From the NCBI RefSeq assembly GCF_036321535.1, contig NC_087443.1, forward strand, positions 83,514,001 through 83,578,000: a stretch of 64,000 nt of DNA, written 5' to 3'. This DNA comes from Camelus dromedarius. Its lineage: Eukaryota. The position numbers and the translations under genes are program-made. Shown piece by piece: positions 33,246 through 49,491 of the stretch. Below the pieces are notes generated by a model. It was not told where the DNA came from. It ran no database searches and saw only the letters and a program-made list of their open reading frames with translations. How positions within the stretch are numbered: position 1 is the first letter of the stretch; every line of letters begins with the position of its first letter.

Positions 33246-34574
33246 AAGCTGTGTACGGAAAGGAGCAGCCCGGTTTAGTTAAGGCACGTGTGATGTCACT
33301 GGGCAGTTGCAGCCTCTACTGCCATAGGTGGCCCGTGGGCATCAGGAGAAGCCCATGGCTTTGTACCAGTCAGATTGAAATGGGGTGTGTCCTCTCTGTG
33401 CTAGAGCTGCTGCTGGTGGCCTGAGACCCAGCAGAACAGTCCAGTGCCCACCCATGGCCACATGAGCACGTGGGGCAGTGCTGGCAGACCAAGCACTGGT
33501 TGTAGCTGCTGCTTGACTCAAGCCGTGGTGCTGCATTCGGGGACAAACAGCATGACTGCCCTGCCTCCCTGCCCCCAACTCCTGGGGTCTAAGGTGCTCC
33601 CTCCCCCTGGCCATGAAGGCAGTGTGTCACATTCCCGTGACTTTGCCTTTTCTCCAGTCACCCCCAGTCTGCGCCCAGGCCCTCCCCCCAGGTGGTCTCA
33701 GGTGTGAGCGGGACCAGGGCGTTTTTACCCCTTGGTCTGCGTGGGCCACCTGGAGGAACCCAGCCAAGTGGTCCCTGCCTTCCTGTGGCAGAATCCTGCC
33801 GGTCACCGAGAGGCTCCAGGGGCTGAACCAGAAGTATGTGAGTCCCCTAGACCCGTCCTGGGAGCTCCTGCCAGGGCCAGTCAGGGCCAAATCTCAGACC
33901 TTCTAAGGAGACCTCCTTTACCGTCCTGATCTCTCCCAGGAGAAGACCGCTGACAGAGAGGAGGTGGCGGGCCAGAAGGAGGGGAGAAAGGCAGAGTGGA
34001 CATCTTCCCTGAACCTTGGGGGAGCCGTGTGCCCGGAGAGGAACCTCTGAGGAGGGAGCTCCCTGAGCCAGGCCTTTGCTTCAGGCGGCAGACTGGAGAT
34101 AAAGTGCCCCCTATGAACAGGGACACTAGGGCCAGGGCAGCTGCACCCCAGGTGGGCAGCTTTACTCGACTTGCCAGGAGGCCAGCCTTTTCCTCACAAG
34201 TTGCAGACGTCAGGTGGAGTGACAGGCCGGGGTCTGGCGGCAGCTTGATGTGGAGCGGAGCATGGGTGGGGCGGTAGCTGGGAGGTGGCACCGTCACCCT
34301 GGCTGCCTCTGGACCCCTGTGGTCACCGCCGCCACCTAAGGCGCAACTTCCCGGATCCCTCAAGCCCCCACCCCAGTCCCGCATGCGCCACGCCCTGAAA
34401 GGTCCCACGCCTCTCCCACCATGCTTCACCTTTCAGCCTTCCCCGCGGGACCATGACCAGCGTGAAGCGAGCCACCAGGCAGTGTCCCACCCCGTCTGGG
34501 GAGTGGTCGGAGAGGTGGTTCTTGGAGATCGGGGGAGGCCGGGGGGTGCTCAGTGAGTTGGGGGGGTGCTATCT

Positions 34575-35310
34575 TTTCGAGTTAGAGTTTTCTCCCCACA
34601 TATGCCCAGGAGTGGATTGCAGGATTATATGGTAAGTCTATTTTCAGTTTTTTAAGGAGCCTCCTAACTGGTTTCCATGTGGCTGCACCAGTTTACATTC
34701 CTACCAACAGCATAGGAAGGTTCTTTTTCTCCACACCATCTCCAATATTTATTATTTTTTTAATTTAAATTTTTTGATTTACAATGTTGCATTAGTTTCT
34801 GGTGTACAGCATAGTGATTCAGATATGTACATCTGAAGAATATATATATATATTCTTTTTCCTTGCAGGTTACTATAAGCCATTGAATATAGTTCCTTGT
34901 GCTCTGCAGTAGGACCTTGTTGTCTATCTGTTCTGTACACAGTAGTTTGTAACAGCCAATCCCAAACTCCCAGTTTATCCCTCCCTCCCCCACAACCATT
35001 GTTTGTTTTCTGTGTCTATGAGCCTCTTTCTGTTTTGTAAATAAGTTTGTGTCATTTTTTTAGATTCCACATACGTGATATCGTATGGTATTTGTCTTTG
35101 ACTGACTGACTTACCACACTTAGTATGATAATCTCTAGGTCCATCCATATTGCTGCAAATGACATTATTTCATTCCTTTTTATGGCTGAGTAGTAGTCCA
35201 TTGTGTATAAATATACCACATCATCTTTTCCAATCATCTGTCCAACATTTATTATTTGTAGACTTTTTAATGATGGCCATTCTGGCCAGTGTGAAGTGAT
35301 ACCTCTTAGT
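34575..35310 (-). mobile_element. L1 fragment containing a nested younger L1 3' end (~34758-35240)
   Basis: The host L1 (CCCAGGAGTGG..., TGGCTGCACCAGTTTACATTCC) is split by a 3'UTR of the same type as 1750-2155. TSD TCCAA(T/C)ATTTATTATTT at 34741-34757 and 35241-35257. Confidence 0.87.
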
Positions 35311-35949
35311 TTTGACCAAACTTGTTCTTTTAAAAAATTTTATTATTTTTTACTTTCAAAATTGTTCTTTTAAAGGGCATGTTTCCTTGCATGCACATTT
35401 CATTGCAGGAGACTATCACATGTGTGTGTGTCTGTTTTCTGCCTCCTCCCACTGAGCTCCATGCAGGCTGGGATTTTGTCCCTGTTACTCAGGGATGAGT
35501 CCTCAGCACCTTGATTATTTGAATAGGTACTCTATTCTTAGGCTTAAGAAGCAGGTGAATTCCTAAACCTCTTTCCACATTCCAGGCAGTGGCACTGGGT
35601 GACTGTCTGGTCCCCATCCTGGCAGCAGCCTAGAAGTCTGTTCTCTGTACAGAGGGATTCCAGGAGGGACCAGCAGGCACAGTTGAAGGTGGGTCTGCTG
35701 CCCCCAGAATGCCAACCCTCCCCACTCCTGTCCACTCTTTGACTTCAAAGATACTGGCAGCCTGGCCTATGTGCTCCAGGCAGGAGACTGGAAGACTCTG
35801 TCCAGGGAGCTTGACCAATTCAAAGGGAAGTACCTAGAGATACTGAGGGGGGTTCTCTGACAGCCTGCTGCCAGAGCACCCCAGAGTCAAGCTCAAATGT
35901 GATGGGCCCCACTCACAAACAGCCCTCTGGTCCACCATTCCTCATCACG

Positions 35950-36700
35950 AGGAGACAAACATAACCTGACATCTCAGAGAGCTTCTTTCTGGAAGATGGA
36001 GCCAAAAGAAACAGGAAAAAGAGAACCCAGAGTACAGTGACCGAGCAGGTGTCTGTCACTCATGTCCTTAGACAAGTGAGGATGTGCTCCCAGGAACATG
36101 AAGGAAGGAGAGAACCCTTCTCTCCTCTGAAAAGAAACATTTGTCCAAGAAGAAAGAGTTCCTGGTAATTAACACTATGACAGCAGAAACAAAAGCTCAA
36201 TGGAAGAAATCCCGCAGGCAGCAGAGCAGAAATTCAAGGGCCAGGCTCGAAGTCTGACATCCTAAAATAAGGACTTTGGAAAGAGGTAACAAAAAACTGT
36301 CAGGGATTTTGCTCAGGGCGGAGTCACCAGCAGAAACGACTGACTAGTGAAAAAAATCAACGACATCATTTGCGGGGACAGAAGGATGGGAGTTTCCAGA
36401 CTGAGGGCCCTTTGCATGCCCATCACAGTAAATAAAAATCAAGGCACCGTGTTGTGAAATTTCAGAAGATCTGAAAAACTGCCAGGGAGGAAAACGCCTC
36501 TGCTGCTTGTGAAGAATTAGAAACTAGAACGGCTGTGGGTTCTTCACAGAGCTCCCAGGAGGGAGGAGAAAGGAAGCAAATGCCTTCAGAGTCTGGAGGA
36601 AGGCGTTTCTGACCTGGAACTCTATGCCCAAGCAAACTACAAATCGAGTAGGAGGGCATGGTGACGACACCTGCAGCTTTGCAGTGTCTTCAATGAAAAC
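35950..36700 (+). mobile_element. Ancient L1M5/HAL1-like ORF1 remnant
   Basis: A-rich and purine-skewed; GAGTTTCCAGACTGAGGG, GTGAAATTTCAGAAG and AAGCAAATGCCTTCA motifs. Confidence 0.55.
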
Positions 36701-36710
36701 AGCCTTCTGA

Positions 36711-36830
36711 GGGGGGAGGTAGGGCTCAGCGCGCAGGAGGTCCTGGGTTCTATCCCCAGTCCCTCCCTTAAAAAACAATAAGTAGATAAATGAATGGACC
36801 TAATTATCTGCCCCACCCCCACCCCGCCAA
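36711..36830 (+). mobile_element. tRNA-derived SINE, Vic-1-like (camelid), internally deleted
   Basis: GGGGAGGTAGGGCTCAG...GAGGTCCTGGGTTCTATCCCCAGTCCCTCC...AAA...ACCTAATTATCTGCCCC. Confidence 0.78.
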
Positions 36831-37369
36831 GGGAAAACTAAAATCTCCCAGACACCTCCTGGCTTCCCCAGGAGAGTGAATCAAACAAGAAGAATATACA
36901 GCTGGGGGCAACACAGGGAGAGAAGGGGTCCTGTCCGAGAGGAAGATCCCAACAGAAAGACCACTTGCTCAGAATGGAGCTCACCCTTCTCCCTGCCCAC
37001 CCTACGCCGCAGGGAACAGGCGGCCACAGGAAGTCCACGGAGGCAGCAGGCGGTGGCTCAGAGCTGCAGCGCCCAGGTGTGGCAGAGAAGGAACGATGTG
37101 CCACGGGGAGGTCTGGTAACCCTCTTAACAGAAGGCAGGAACCTTCTAATCCCAGCAAAGCCGTAGGAGGACCTGTCGGAACTAGAGGAATTCTCCGGAA
37201 ATTCTGCACGCTTGTATGTGCCTCCCTCTCCTGGGGCCAGAGTGGGTCAGGGAGACACGTTTCTCCATTTACCCTTTATCTTGTCCTTTATGCGTCCTGT
37301 GTGTTTGAGACATGTGACTGCATACATTTACACACATACATACACATACGCAGAGAGCAGTGGCGTCGC

Positions 37370-38280
<911 letters not shown>

Positions 38281-38578
38281 TAAGGGACCCGGAACCCTTT
38301 TCTGGTCCCTTGAGTGAATCCCCGCCGCGCCCCACTTACTTAGCCAAAGTTCGCTGGTCCCCGAAACTTAGCTGCCCACTGTGAGCAGGGCCGGCTCCTG
38401 CCGGGGAAGGAAACCCATGGCCCTACACAGTTGCCCGCGGTTCTGCCGCCGCAGGTAGCTCCCCCTCCAGCCTCGGGGTTTCCCATAAATGTGTCTCTGC
38501 CCCAGGCCTACCTCTGTGTCCTCCCTTGGCAGCGCGGGCCAGTCTCCCCGCCGCCCCCCCACCCCGCCCCCCGCCTGA

Positions 38579-39436
<858 letters not shown>

Positions 39437-39887
39437 TAAGAAGAAGTGATTAAAAGAAGGAACTGTATCTCATAATGCTTTCTTCCTCCCATGGTCAGGC
39501 GGCCCTTTGCATGGAAGCACCGTGTGAAGGGCTTCAGCCTCAGAGAGGGGCAGGCAGGTGCTCCTCTGTGGTGGGTGGCCGTTTCCCACCAGGCACTCAC
39601 AAGACCCTCCAGGACTGTCCTGCTGGGCTCTCCCCGGTGTCACCTCTGGCACTGTGGCCCTGAGGCCCCAGTGACTGAGCAGATGCCCAGAGCAGAGCTA
39701 GAGCCCTGGGCCGTGTGAGGCCGGAGCCTGTTCTCCATGAGTGCCTGGGGAGCTCTGCGCCCCTTTGCTCACTGAATCCTCGCATTAGAGCTGGAGGCAT
39801 GAGGCCCCTGCCTCCTTGCCGTCCTCCCTGGCTGGGCCAGGCCCCCAGGTCGGGACCAGAGCAGCTCAGCTCCCCTATCTGCTGTGA

Positions 39888-40352
<465 letters not shown>

Positions 40353-41502
40353 TAAGAGAAAATGCAGGGCAGCAGGTGTCTTGATCCTTTTGGGGTAATT
40401 ATGGGAGAGTTGGGATGGCCTTGGGAGGTTCACCGAACTGCTTCCTTAGACATGGAGCAGGTGTGAAAGCCAGGTCTCAGGTTTAGGTCCCGGTAGTAAC
40501 CGAGGAAGGAGTCCCACGTATAATCCTATTTAATTCTAGATCTGACGCTTTAGACGGAAGCCTTGGAGTAGCAGCTGGCAGTGTGATGAAAGATGGAGGT
40601 GGCTGAAGGCAAGCCGTGCCTGCTTATCTCTTACTCCTCGGGCAGCAGCCTGGGGCACGCCTGTCCCATCCCCTGTCTGACAGATGCCAGCAGAGCAAAG
40701 TCACTTAACTGCCCAAGTTCACCAAGTGAGCAGGTGCCAGAGCTGATGTAAGAGGAAGAGTGAGAGTCTCCGCCCGCCCCCCCCACCTTCCCAACCCCGC
40801 CGACCCCGGCGCGCTGCCCACCTGCCACATCTGTTCTTTACAGCCACACTGTGTTTTCTTGTATATAGGTGTCATTACTCCATGTTGGTGGAAATTTACG
40901 TTGTTTTCGCTTGTTCTGTTGCACACAGTGTTGTACCTGTACGTTTAAAAACACTCGTGGGCACATACTTGTAGGATCAGTTCTAGCAGCGGGAGCTGCT
41001 GGTTTAAGATCTGCACAGAGAGGGCCCGTTTCCTGCCAGGTTGTTTTCGTCCTTTTTTTAGGGACCTGTGAGAGGGTTGTTTTGTCCTTTTTTTAGGGAC
41101 CTGCGAGATTGGCTGGTGCTTCCCGTGTTTCACCCCCTTGTGGTTTGCCTTTGGGCTAAATGCAGATTCATTCTTATGCAGCTTCTGGATAAAGCCATGT
41201 CTATTTCGCTGCCCCTCTCAGCCAGTCCTGGAGGGCTCAGGAGTGAGAACTGTCCCTGCAGAGCAGTTTGCGGCTGGTGTGTGAACTGTCGCCACCTGGC
41301 CAGATGTTCACAGGGCCTATCGCATCCCTCCACTTCGGTGCTGGCTGCCTGAGGCCAGAGTCCGGACGGATGACGAACGGCCAGCCTGCGTGGCTCCTGA
41401 GAGACTCCTTCCCGGCCTCTCCTGACTGGGTCAGGGAGCGTGCCCACGACGGTTGATTCCAGTGTCAGAGGCTCATATAGTGTAAGCCCCGTCCAATTAT
41501 GA

Positions 41503-41802
<300 letters not shown>

Positions 41803-42354
41803 TGAGCTCTGACTGTGGGTCCAGCAGTGTCGACCCTCTGTGAGGTGTTTCTGGAGGGCTTGACAGGGTGGGGGTCCCAAGGGCATCCTAAGGCATGGGA
41901 CAGACACCTGGGCCCACCCCCTGTGGGAGTCAGTGTTAACTCAGGATGTAAGACCGTGGGTAATTTAGGGAGGGAGGGACTGGCTCTTCCGGCAACATCA
42001 TCGCACAGCGTGTTGTGCTCAGCTGGTGGATGTGACTCCAGGTTTCCACGCAGAGACTTGGAGGGGTTGGGGGCCACATTCTCGGCCTGGAGGCATGGGG
42101 AGATGGATACATTTCCACGGCCCGCCAGCCTGGCTCACCCCCATGACCATGAGAGCAGGGTGCGTGGGCTCCTGCAGCCTGGGAGGGGGACGGGTGTCTC
42201 CTCTGCATTGAAGATGCAGCTGACATCCAGGGGGTTGAGGACGGTTGGGCAGTGAGCAGCGACTGGCTTGGCCAACTGCTCCAGGCTCAGGATGTCGACG
42301 ACAATGGTCCCGGGGACCTTGGGCGCCTTCGTGGGACACGCCATGGCCCTGGGC

Positions 42355-43250
42355 AGTGACTCTCACACTGTGGTCTCAGGATCCGCCTTTTCTACTCTTA
42401 AAAATTATTCAGGATCTTAAAGAGCTTTTGTTCATGTGGGTTATATCTGTGCATTTATCACATTAGCAATTAATCTGAGAAATTTAAAAATGTTTATTCT
42501 TCAAATGACAGTAAAGCTATTCCACATTAACATAAATAACACTTTTGAACAAAAAACAACTGCATTTCTAAAACAGACTTTAGTGAGAAGAGTGGCAATG
42601 TTTTGTCTCTTTTGCAAGCGTCTTTAGTGTCTGGATAATAGAAGGTAACTGGAGCCCATGGCTGCCCTGCATTGGTTCCGCAGTCTGGGTGGAGTGTGTG
42701 AAGCACGCTGTAGACCTGTGCTTGGGAAGAGGAGTAACCTTTACTTGGTTTTCAGATAACTGCGGGTGTTCTTTGGTGCTGCGCCAGGACTCAGGAGGTT
42801 GAAGGCAGTTCTGTAGAGGTCAGCTGCAGTGTGGAGCCTGAAACCATTTGGTGGATTTTGCATCTTACTCTGCCTCTGTTTGTCTGTCTCGCCCTTTGAA
42901 TGGTCTTTAACCCACCCACGTTTCGGTCATTCGGAAAGGAAGGATTCATGTAGTCTTCCAAGTGTTGAAACATTTCACCGTACAATGTGAATAATTAAAT
43001 TTATTACCATCACCCCTGGTCCCAGAAAAGTCTGCGTTGGGCCGGCTGAACTGTTGGTGGCAGAGGCAAGCTTCTAAAATTCTAATTTTTGCTCGAGAGC
43101 CTCAGTTTTGTCATCAGCAATAAATACTTGCTGTTGTTTTCCTTGTAAGAGACACACTCTGCTCATTTTTGAGAAAGTGTCTGCCAGATACCCAGGCCAT
43201 TTGTGAAAGATGCAGTGGTCCACTGGCGGCTCACGTGTGCCCGGTCCCCC
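42355..43250 (+). mobile_element. hAT-Charlie/MER33-like DNA transposon fossil
   Basis: GGTCTCAGGA...ACTCTTAAAAATTATT...AAAGAGCTTTTGTTCATGTGGGTTATATC resembles the Charlie/MER33 end. Confidence 0.7.
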
Positions 43251-43398
43251 CCATCCTGCCACGTGGGGTGTTAGAAAGACTTGCTCTCAAGGCTCAGGAC
43301 TTGATGCGGCTGCTTCGCGGTATGCCCTGCCACGAGCGGGGCGCTCCCCTGCGCGTGGGTCTGCTAGCGGGCTTGTGCCGAGGCCCCGGCTCTGCTGA

Positions 43399-43764
<366 letters not shown>

Positions 43765-44111
43765 TAGTGGGCCACCAGAAGTCCTGGTCTCTGAGGACCA
43801 AAGTGACTTTACAACCCCTTCCCACTTCTCTGTTCTAAAATCTGCCCCCAGGATGGGTGCGGTGTCCTTGACGAGAGCTTTACAGATGAGGTGCTGCGGC
43901 TCCGGAAAGGCAGTGGTGCCACCCCATTGCCCGGTGGGGAATCCAGCCTCCGCCCAGGCGGTGGCGGCCAGCAGAGTTGGGGGACCGGGGAGCCTCTTAC
44001 TTACACTCTCTGTGCCCTGGTTTTTTTCCCCGGGCAGTTTCTCTGATTTTGAACCGCTCAGTCTTTAAAGTGAGAGACTCACTGCAGACGTCCAGGCGGA
44101 TGTTGGGTTAA

Positions 44112-44378
<267 letters not shown>

Positions 44379-46011
44379 TGAGGGGAATGGAGACCTGGGA
44401 CTCTGAGATTCAGAGTCCATTTCTTTTGGAAACTAAGAGTAATTCTTAAATGTATTATTTTTATCAGAATTATACATGCTCATAGCTTAAAGCATCAGAG
44501 GACTGTCCGGTGCTGGCTAACAAAATAAGAAAAGGACCTAATGTAGCATGCTGGTGGGGGGCATACCATGGACCCTCCCAGACTGTTCTTCTGGCTGATT
44601 CTGATCTCTGAATCTACCGGATCTCCAAATAACATGCTATCTACCACTTTCTACAAAACATGTAATTGTGGGAAACTTTCCATGTTACAAAGGTGGGCAG
44701 AGCCTTTGAGCTCCTGTCTCCGGTTTCGTGTCTGTCTGTTCACGGCATCTTGTGGCGCCGCCTGTTGTCAGGCTCGTCCCACAGGTGCTGTAGCTTTGTC
44801 TGCAGATATTTCCGTGGGCATCTCCAAAAGATCGAGGACACACTCTTAAAATACATCACCATAACCGTGTTGTCATATGTAAACATTCACGGTTGCCCCA
44901 CACCACCCAGCAGTCGTGCTTGGTGTCCAAGTCTTGTTTGGTGGTGTCGCTCTTGAACTTTCGGTTTGAGGCATGACTGATTGAATTCTGACTAAGTCAC
45001 ATCAGTTTTAGTGTCCCTGCACTCCTCTCCCCGCCCTCCCAGGTGTGGTGCAGTAGTTCTGGTGGGACCTCCTCACTTCCAATGTCTTGTTTGCTGCGGG
45101 CACTGTCCACACCTGGGCTGTGAGGGGCCACAGTCTCTTTTCCAGGGGTGGAAACAACCACTTTCCTTTGCTGACAGATTCTGTAGGTGGGCAACGTGGG
45201 ACGGCTTGTTTCTGTCCTGTGATGTCTGGCATCTCAGCTGCGAGAATGACCCGCTGGGGGTGACCATGGGCCGGGGCAGGGGTCCTCTGAGGCTGCTTCT
45301 CTCACATGTCTTCCCTGGCTGGAGGACTTGAAGGACTCAAGTGCCTGCCCTTGGCCTCTCTGTGTGGCTTGGGCTCCCTCCCAGCGTGGCGGCCCAGGGC
45401 TCCAGCACCAGCATTCCGCGGAGTGGGCACTGCTGCTCCTGTGACTGAGTGAAGAGGTCTTGCCTCACTAACTGGACAAAGCAGCCACAAGCCTGCCCAG
45501 ATTCAAGGTAGAGGAGTGTCCAAGACTTCACAGCGGCGCAAAAGCCCCACGTTGGGTGCAAAGTGCTCTTTTGGCAGCCACGTCCCTCGGGGCTTTGAAG
45601 ATGTTCCCCACGTTGCTGCTGGGAGGTCCGAAGCCCTTGTGATTCACCTGGTTTTCAAATATCCAAGGAAGCAGGAAGAGCAGGAGCCCCATACTTGCTG
45701 GCAGTCATTCCGCTTCTCCTGGAATTCTCTTGAATTATCACAGCTTTTTTTCTTCCTTTTCACTTTTTCTGGATTTTGCTCTGTGTTTTGGGTGATGCTT
45801 TCCACGCTGCGTTCTGTGCTTACATTTAATTCTGGGTGTGCTGCACTGTTGTTGCTCTTTTCAGTGTAGCAGCCATGGTGCTGGCCCTGGTGTCCTGGTC
45901 ACATCAGGCGCGGGATTAGGGGAAGAACAAAGCCCCACACCTGCCCCACACCTGCCGCTGGCCGCAGGGGAGAGGCGTGGGGCCTGTGGCCAACCCAGGC
46001 ACACACCCTGA

Positions 46012-46173
<162 letters not shown>

Positions 46174-47359
46174 GCCCTCCGCTCACTCTGAGCCCAGCTC
46201 TGCCACTCCGGAGCTGGGGGTCCTTTCCTCTGATGGACGACGTTCAGTCTGGCTCAAGACTGAAGATGTTAGTGTCACTGGGGGTCAGCTGTCTAATTTC
46301 TCAAGTCTCTGGGGTCCCGCCAGGGCTGGGCTCGAGCCGAGCGTGAGGTCTTCCTGGAGAGAGAGACATGAGATGCTGCTGCTGCTGTGGTTGCTGGAAC
46401 ATAAAGTGTGTTAAAGCATCCTGTGTCCGGAGTCGTCCTCATGGCTGCGGCGTTCATCACTCTGCCTTTGTCTTGTCCTGGGCCCTGGTCACTGCAGGGC
46501 CCTGTGCCCCCAGTAGGTGGCTCACCTCCCCCCAACACCCCCTCACCCTGGGTGTGTGAGGCCACGTATCCCCGAGTTCTCACTGCTGGTGGCAGTGTAG
46601 CTGCTGGCCCTCCCCAGTGTTCCATCAGCAGACACGTGGTCAGGCACCAGCTGCCCCTGGGCTGGGTGAGGGCCAATGAGTGGGAGACAGGAGGGCAGAG
46701 CGGCAGGACACCCTGTTCTGACCTGGGGCCCCAGGTTTCCTGGAGAAAGTGAACAATGAGGCCTGAAGAGGAGTGGGGCACCCTGGGCAGTATTGGAGGG
46801 AGTGTGGGAGTGTGTCCAGGTACCCTGGGTGCTGTCCTCAGCTGCCCCAATCCTGCCTACTGCATCGGCAGTGTCCCGGGGAGCAGGCTACAGGGCCCCT
46901 GCTGCAGAGCTGAAGAGGGGACAGAGGCCTCAAGGTGAGGCCGGCAACGGCCAGTCTCACGGCTGCCAGGCCGAGCTTGGGTGTCTTTGCAGGACTGTCC
47001 TGGGGGAGGCGGTGCAGCTGGAGGCTGGCACTTTGGATTTAAAGTTGAAATCTGACTACATTTATGTGGGCTATTGGAACACGAAGAGAATTTCAGGTTC
47101 ATCGTAGTAATAGGTTTAATTTAGCAGAACAGCAGTCAGCATTTGCAAAGAGTTTGTCACATTAAAACCCAGAGTACTTGACAAAGAAAAGCAGGGTATT
47201 ACATTGTAAATTCAATTTAAAATATTTGAAAAGTTTAACCAAGTTTATAAAAAGGGACCAGATATTGACATCGGACTGCTAAAATTTGTTACTTATGCTC
47301 GGGATACGCTTACGAAAGAATTAGGAATTTTAAAGTTTAATGTTACTGGACTCAACACC

Positions 47360-47830
47360 CTGAGAACGCCGGGACTGTGCGGGTCCGCCCCAGGCTCGTA
47401 ACCCCGCCCCTGGCTCGTAGCCCCGGCCCGGCCCGGCCCGGCCCCCGCCCGGGCAGCGTTGTGCGCAAGCGCGAGCCGCGCCGGAAGCTTGGAGCGCCGG
47501 AACCGTTGTGCCGGGTCGCGGGCCTGGCGGAGAGGTCCGTCGAGGGAGCGGTCCGTCGAGCGAGAGGCCCGCGGGGCCACTCGGCGCGCAGGACGCTGCG
47601 CCATGAAGCTGTTCCCACGCGTGCTGTGCGACGCCGCGCGCGCCGCGTGGCGGGAGGGCTTCGCCCTGGGCGGTCGCGACGTGGCGCGCTGGTTCCCGGG
47701 CCACATGGCCAAGGGTGAGGTCCGGCGGGTCGCGGCGGGGCCTGCACTGTTTACCCGGCCGCGAGCGGGGCGGGCGGCGGCGGGCGTCTCGGGCTGGCCT
47801 GGTGCCTGATCCCCCGCAAGGCCCTTCTGC
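47360..47830 (+). promoter_or_regulatory. MTG1: MTG1 CpG-island promoter
   Basis: CpG-dense; (GGCCC)n run, NRF1-like TGCGCAAGCGC and ETS-like CCGGAAG. Confidence 0.82.
47603..47714 (+). CDS. MTG1: Mitochondrial ribosome-associated GTPase 1 exon 1
   Basis: RbgA/YlqF motif WFPGHMAKG. Gene model: 112+65+105+81+57+91+62+97+82+113+110 nt = 324 aa plus stop. Confidence 0.96.
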
Positions 47831-48401
47831 CGCTTGGTTCCCCGAAGCCTTCTTCTGAAAAGATACACTTTCCGAACGGTATTTTGAGGACTAAGTGAAG
47901 TGGGGGTAGGAAAGCACTTTGCAAGTTGTATTCAGCTGTTTAATCATCTCAGCATCTTTGAAACTATAGATCCAGTCATTGTTGTCTTCTGTCTAAAACT
48001 CTCCGGGAGTTTGCGTGTTTGTCAAAATTTGGCCCGAAGAAGACACCTGGGACAGAGTCAGCCCTTCTTAGCGTTAGGGGTTGCCTCGCTCCTGCTCCTG
48101 CTCCCTCTAGTGCCTCTGGTTCACCGCGTGCCTGCTCTGCCGGGCTCTGTGCAAAGTGCCCTGCATGCTGGGGTTCAGGAGGGACAGGGCACCCGCGGGT
48201 GGTGGCACTTGGGAGGGGGAGAGGGGGTGATGTAAGATGTTTGGGGACGTGCGCAGATGCCAGGGCTTGGCTGGGGAGGGGAACACTGCAGGAAAAGGAG
48301 CTCTGTTACTTTTGTTGCTTGTGTTGTCTCTGGTTACGGGTGAGTTCAGTGCTGTGTGAGTGTGTGAGCCGTCCAGGGTGAGTGGCTGAGGTCGGTACCC
48401 A

Positions 48402-49037
48402 TGATGCAGGAAAACGGATGTGGGGCGTGAGGAGGGCTGAGTCCCAGGTCTCGGTTGAGCCCCTGGGACGTGCCCCGCCAAGTGTGGGTCCTTAGCTTTG
48501 CACAGGAAAGAATTCAAGTGTGAGCCACTGTTGAGTAAAGGTAGATTTATTTAGAGAGATACACACTGCATAGAGTGTAAGGCAAGAGAAAGGCCATGAA
48601 AGAGGTGTGGGAATTGGGTGCCCAGGTTAGAGTAAAAGTAGGTACGCACTCCACAGACAGAGAGCAGGCCATTTCCAAAGGGGAGAGAGCAGGCAAGGGG
48701 CCAGTAGGCGAGGTGGTATCTCTTTTTATGGTCTCAGTAGCTTCACATGCCTACAGGCGGGATCAGTCCAACTGCCCTGGGGAAGGGGCTGGGACTCCCG
48801 GGGACTGGGCCACCACCCATTCTTTGGCCTTTCACGGTTGGTTAGCCTTGGGGCTGTCATGGCGCCTGCGGGCATGTTATTTGATCATGCTGTTACAATG
48901 GGCATATAATGAAGCTAAAAGTCCACTAGAAGTTAAACCTCTTAATCCTCAAGGCCAACTAGGAGGTGAATCTTTCACCGTTTTGGTTGCTGTCACTCCT
49001 TGAGTGGCTGTGCCCTGCCCCCTTCCCTCCTGTCTCA
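48402..49037 (-). mobile_element. Solo ERV1-like LTR (family A) in MTG1 intron 1
   Basis: TG...CA ends; near-perfect 4-bp TSD CCCA/CCTA; homologous to 2731-3208. Confidence 0.85.
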
Positions 49038-49426
49038 CCTACAGCACCATCTCCACACAGTATTGAGGGCTCAGTGAGTATGCCAGTTGGTGTTACTCTG
49101 TTTTATAGATCAAGACGCATGGAGGTTAAGTACCCCAGCTAGAGTCACGCGCTTGTAGGTGTGGCGGAGACTGACAGGATCTGGCCTGACCCTGTGAGTG
49201 TGGCTGCCCCTCTGGCAGGGACCTGAGCAGCTCCTCTGAGCCACCTGTGTTGAATTTGAAAGAGGCTCTCTGTGAACAGTTACCAGCTGTTACTGAGAGC
49301 ACTTCACTCAGATGTATTCTTTGTAGCTTGTTTGTGATGGTGTGTCATTCTTGACATTTCACCTTAAATTCTCCCTCTTAAAAGGCCATGGGCCCTTCCC
49401 TGAGGTGTCCTTCTTCTGTTTTCCAG

Positions 49427-49491
49427 GGCTGAAGAGGATGCAGAGCAGCCTAAAGCTGGTGGACTGCATCATCGAGGTCCACGATGCCCGT
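49427..49491 (+). CDS. MTG1: MTG1 exon 2 (LKRMQSSLKLVDCIIEVHDAR)
   Basis: DAR motif; followed by the U12 donor ATATCCTTT. Confidence 0.95.

Noticed and set aside
47459-47602. In-frame upstream TTG extension of MTG1
   Set aside because: The near-cognate start probably lies at or upstream of the transcription start, and the extension would mask the mitochondrial presequence; no supporting evidence.
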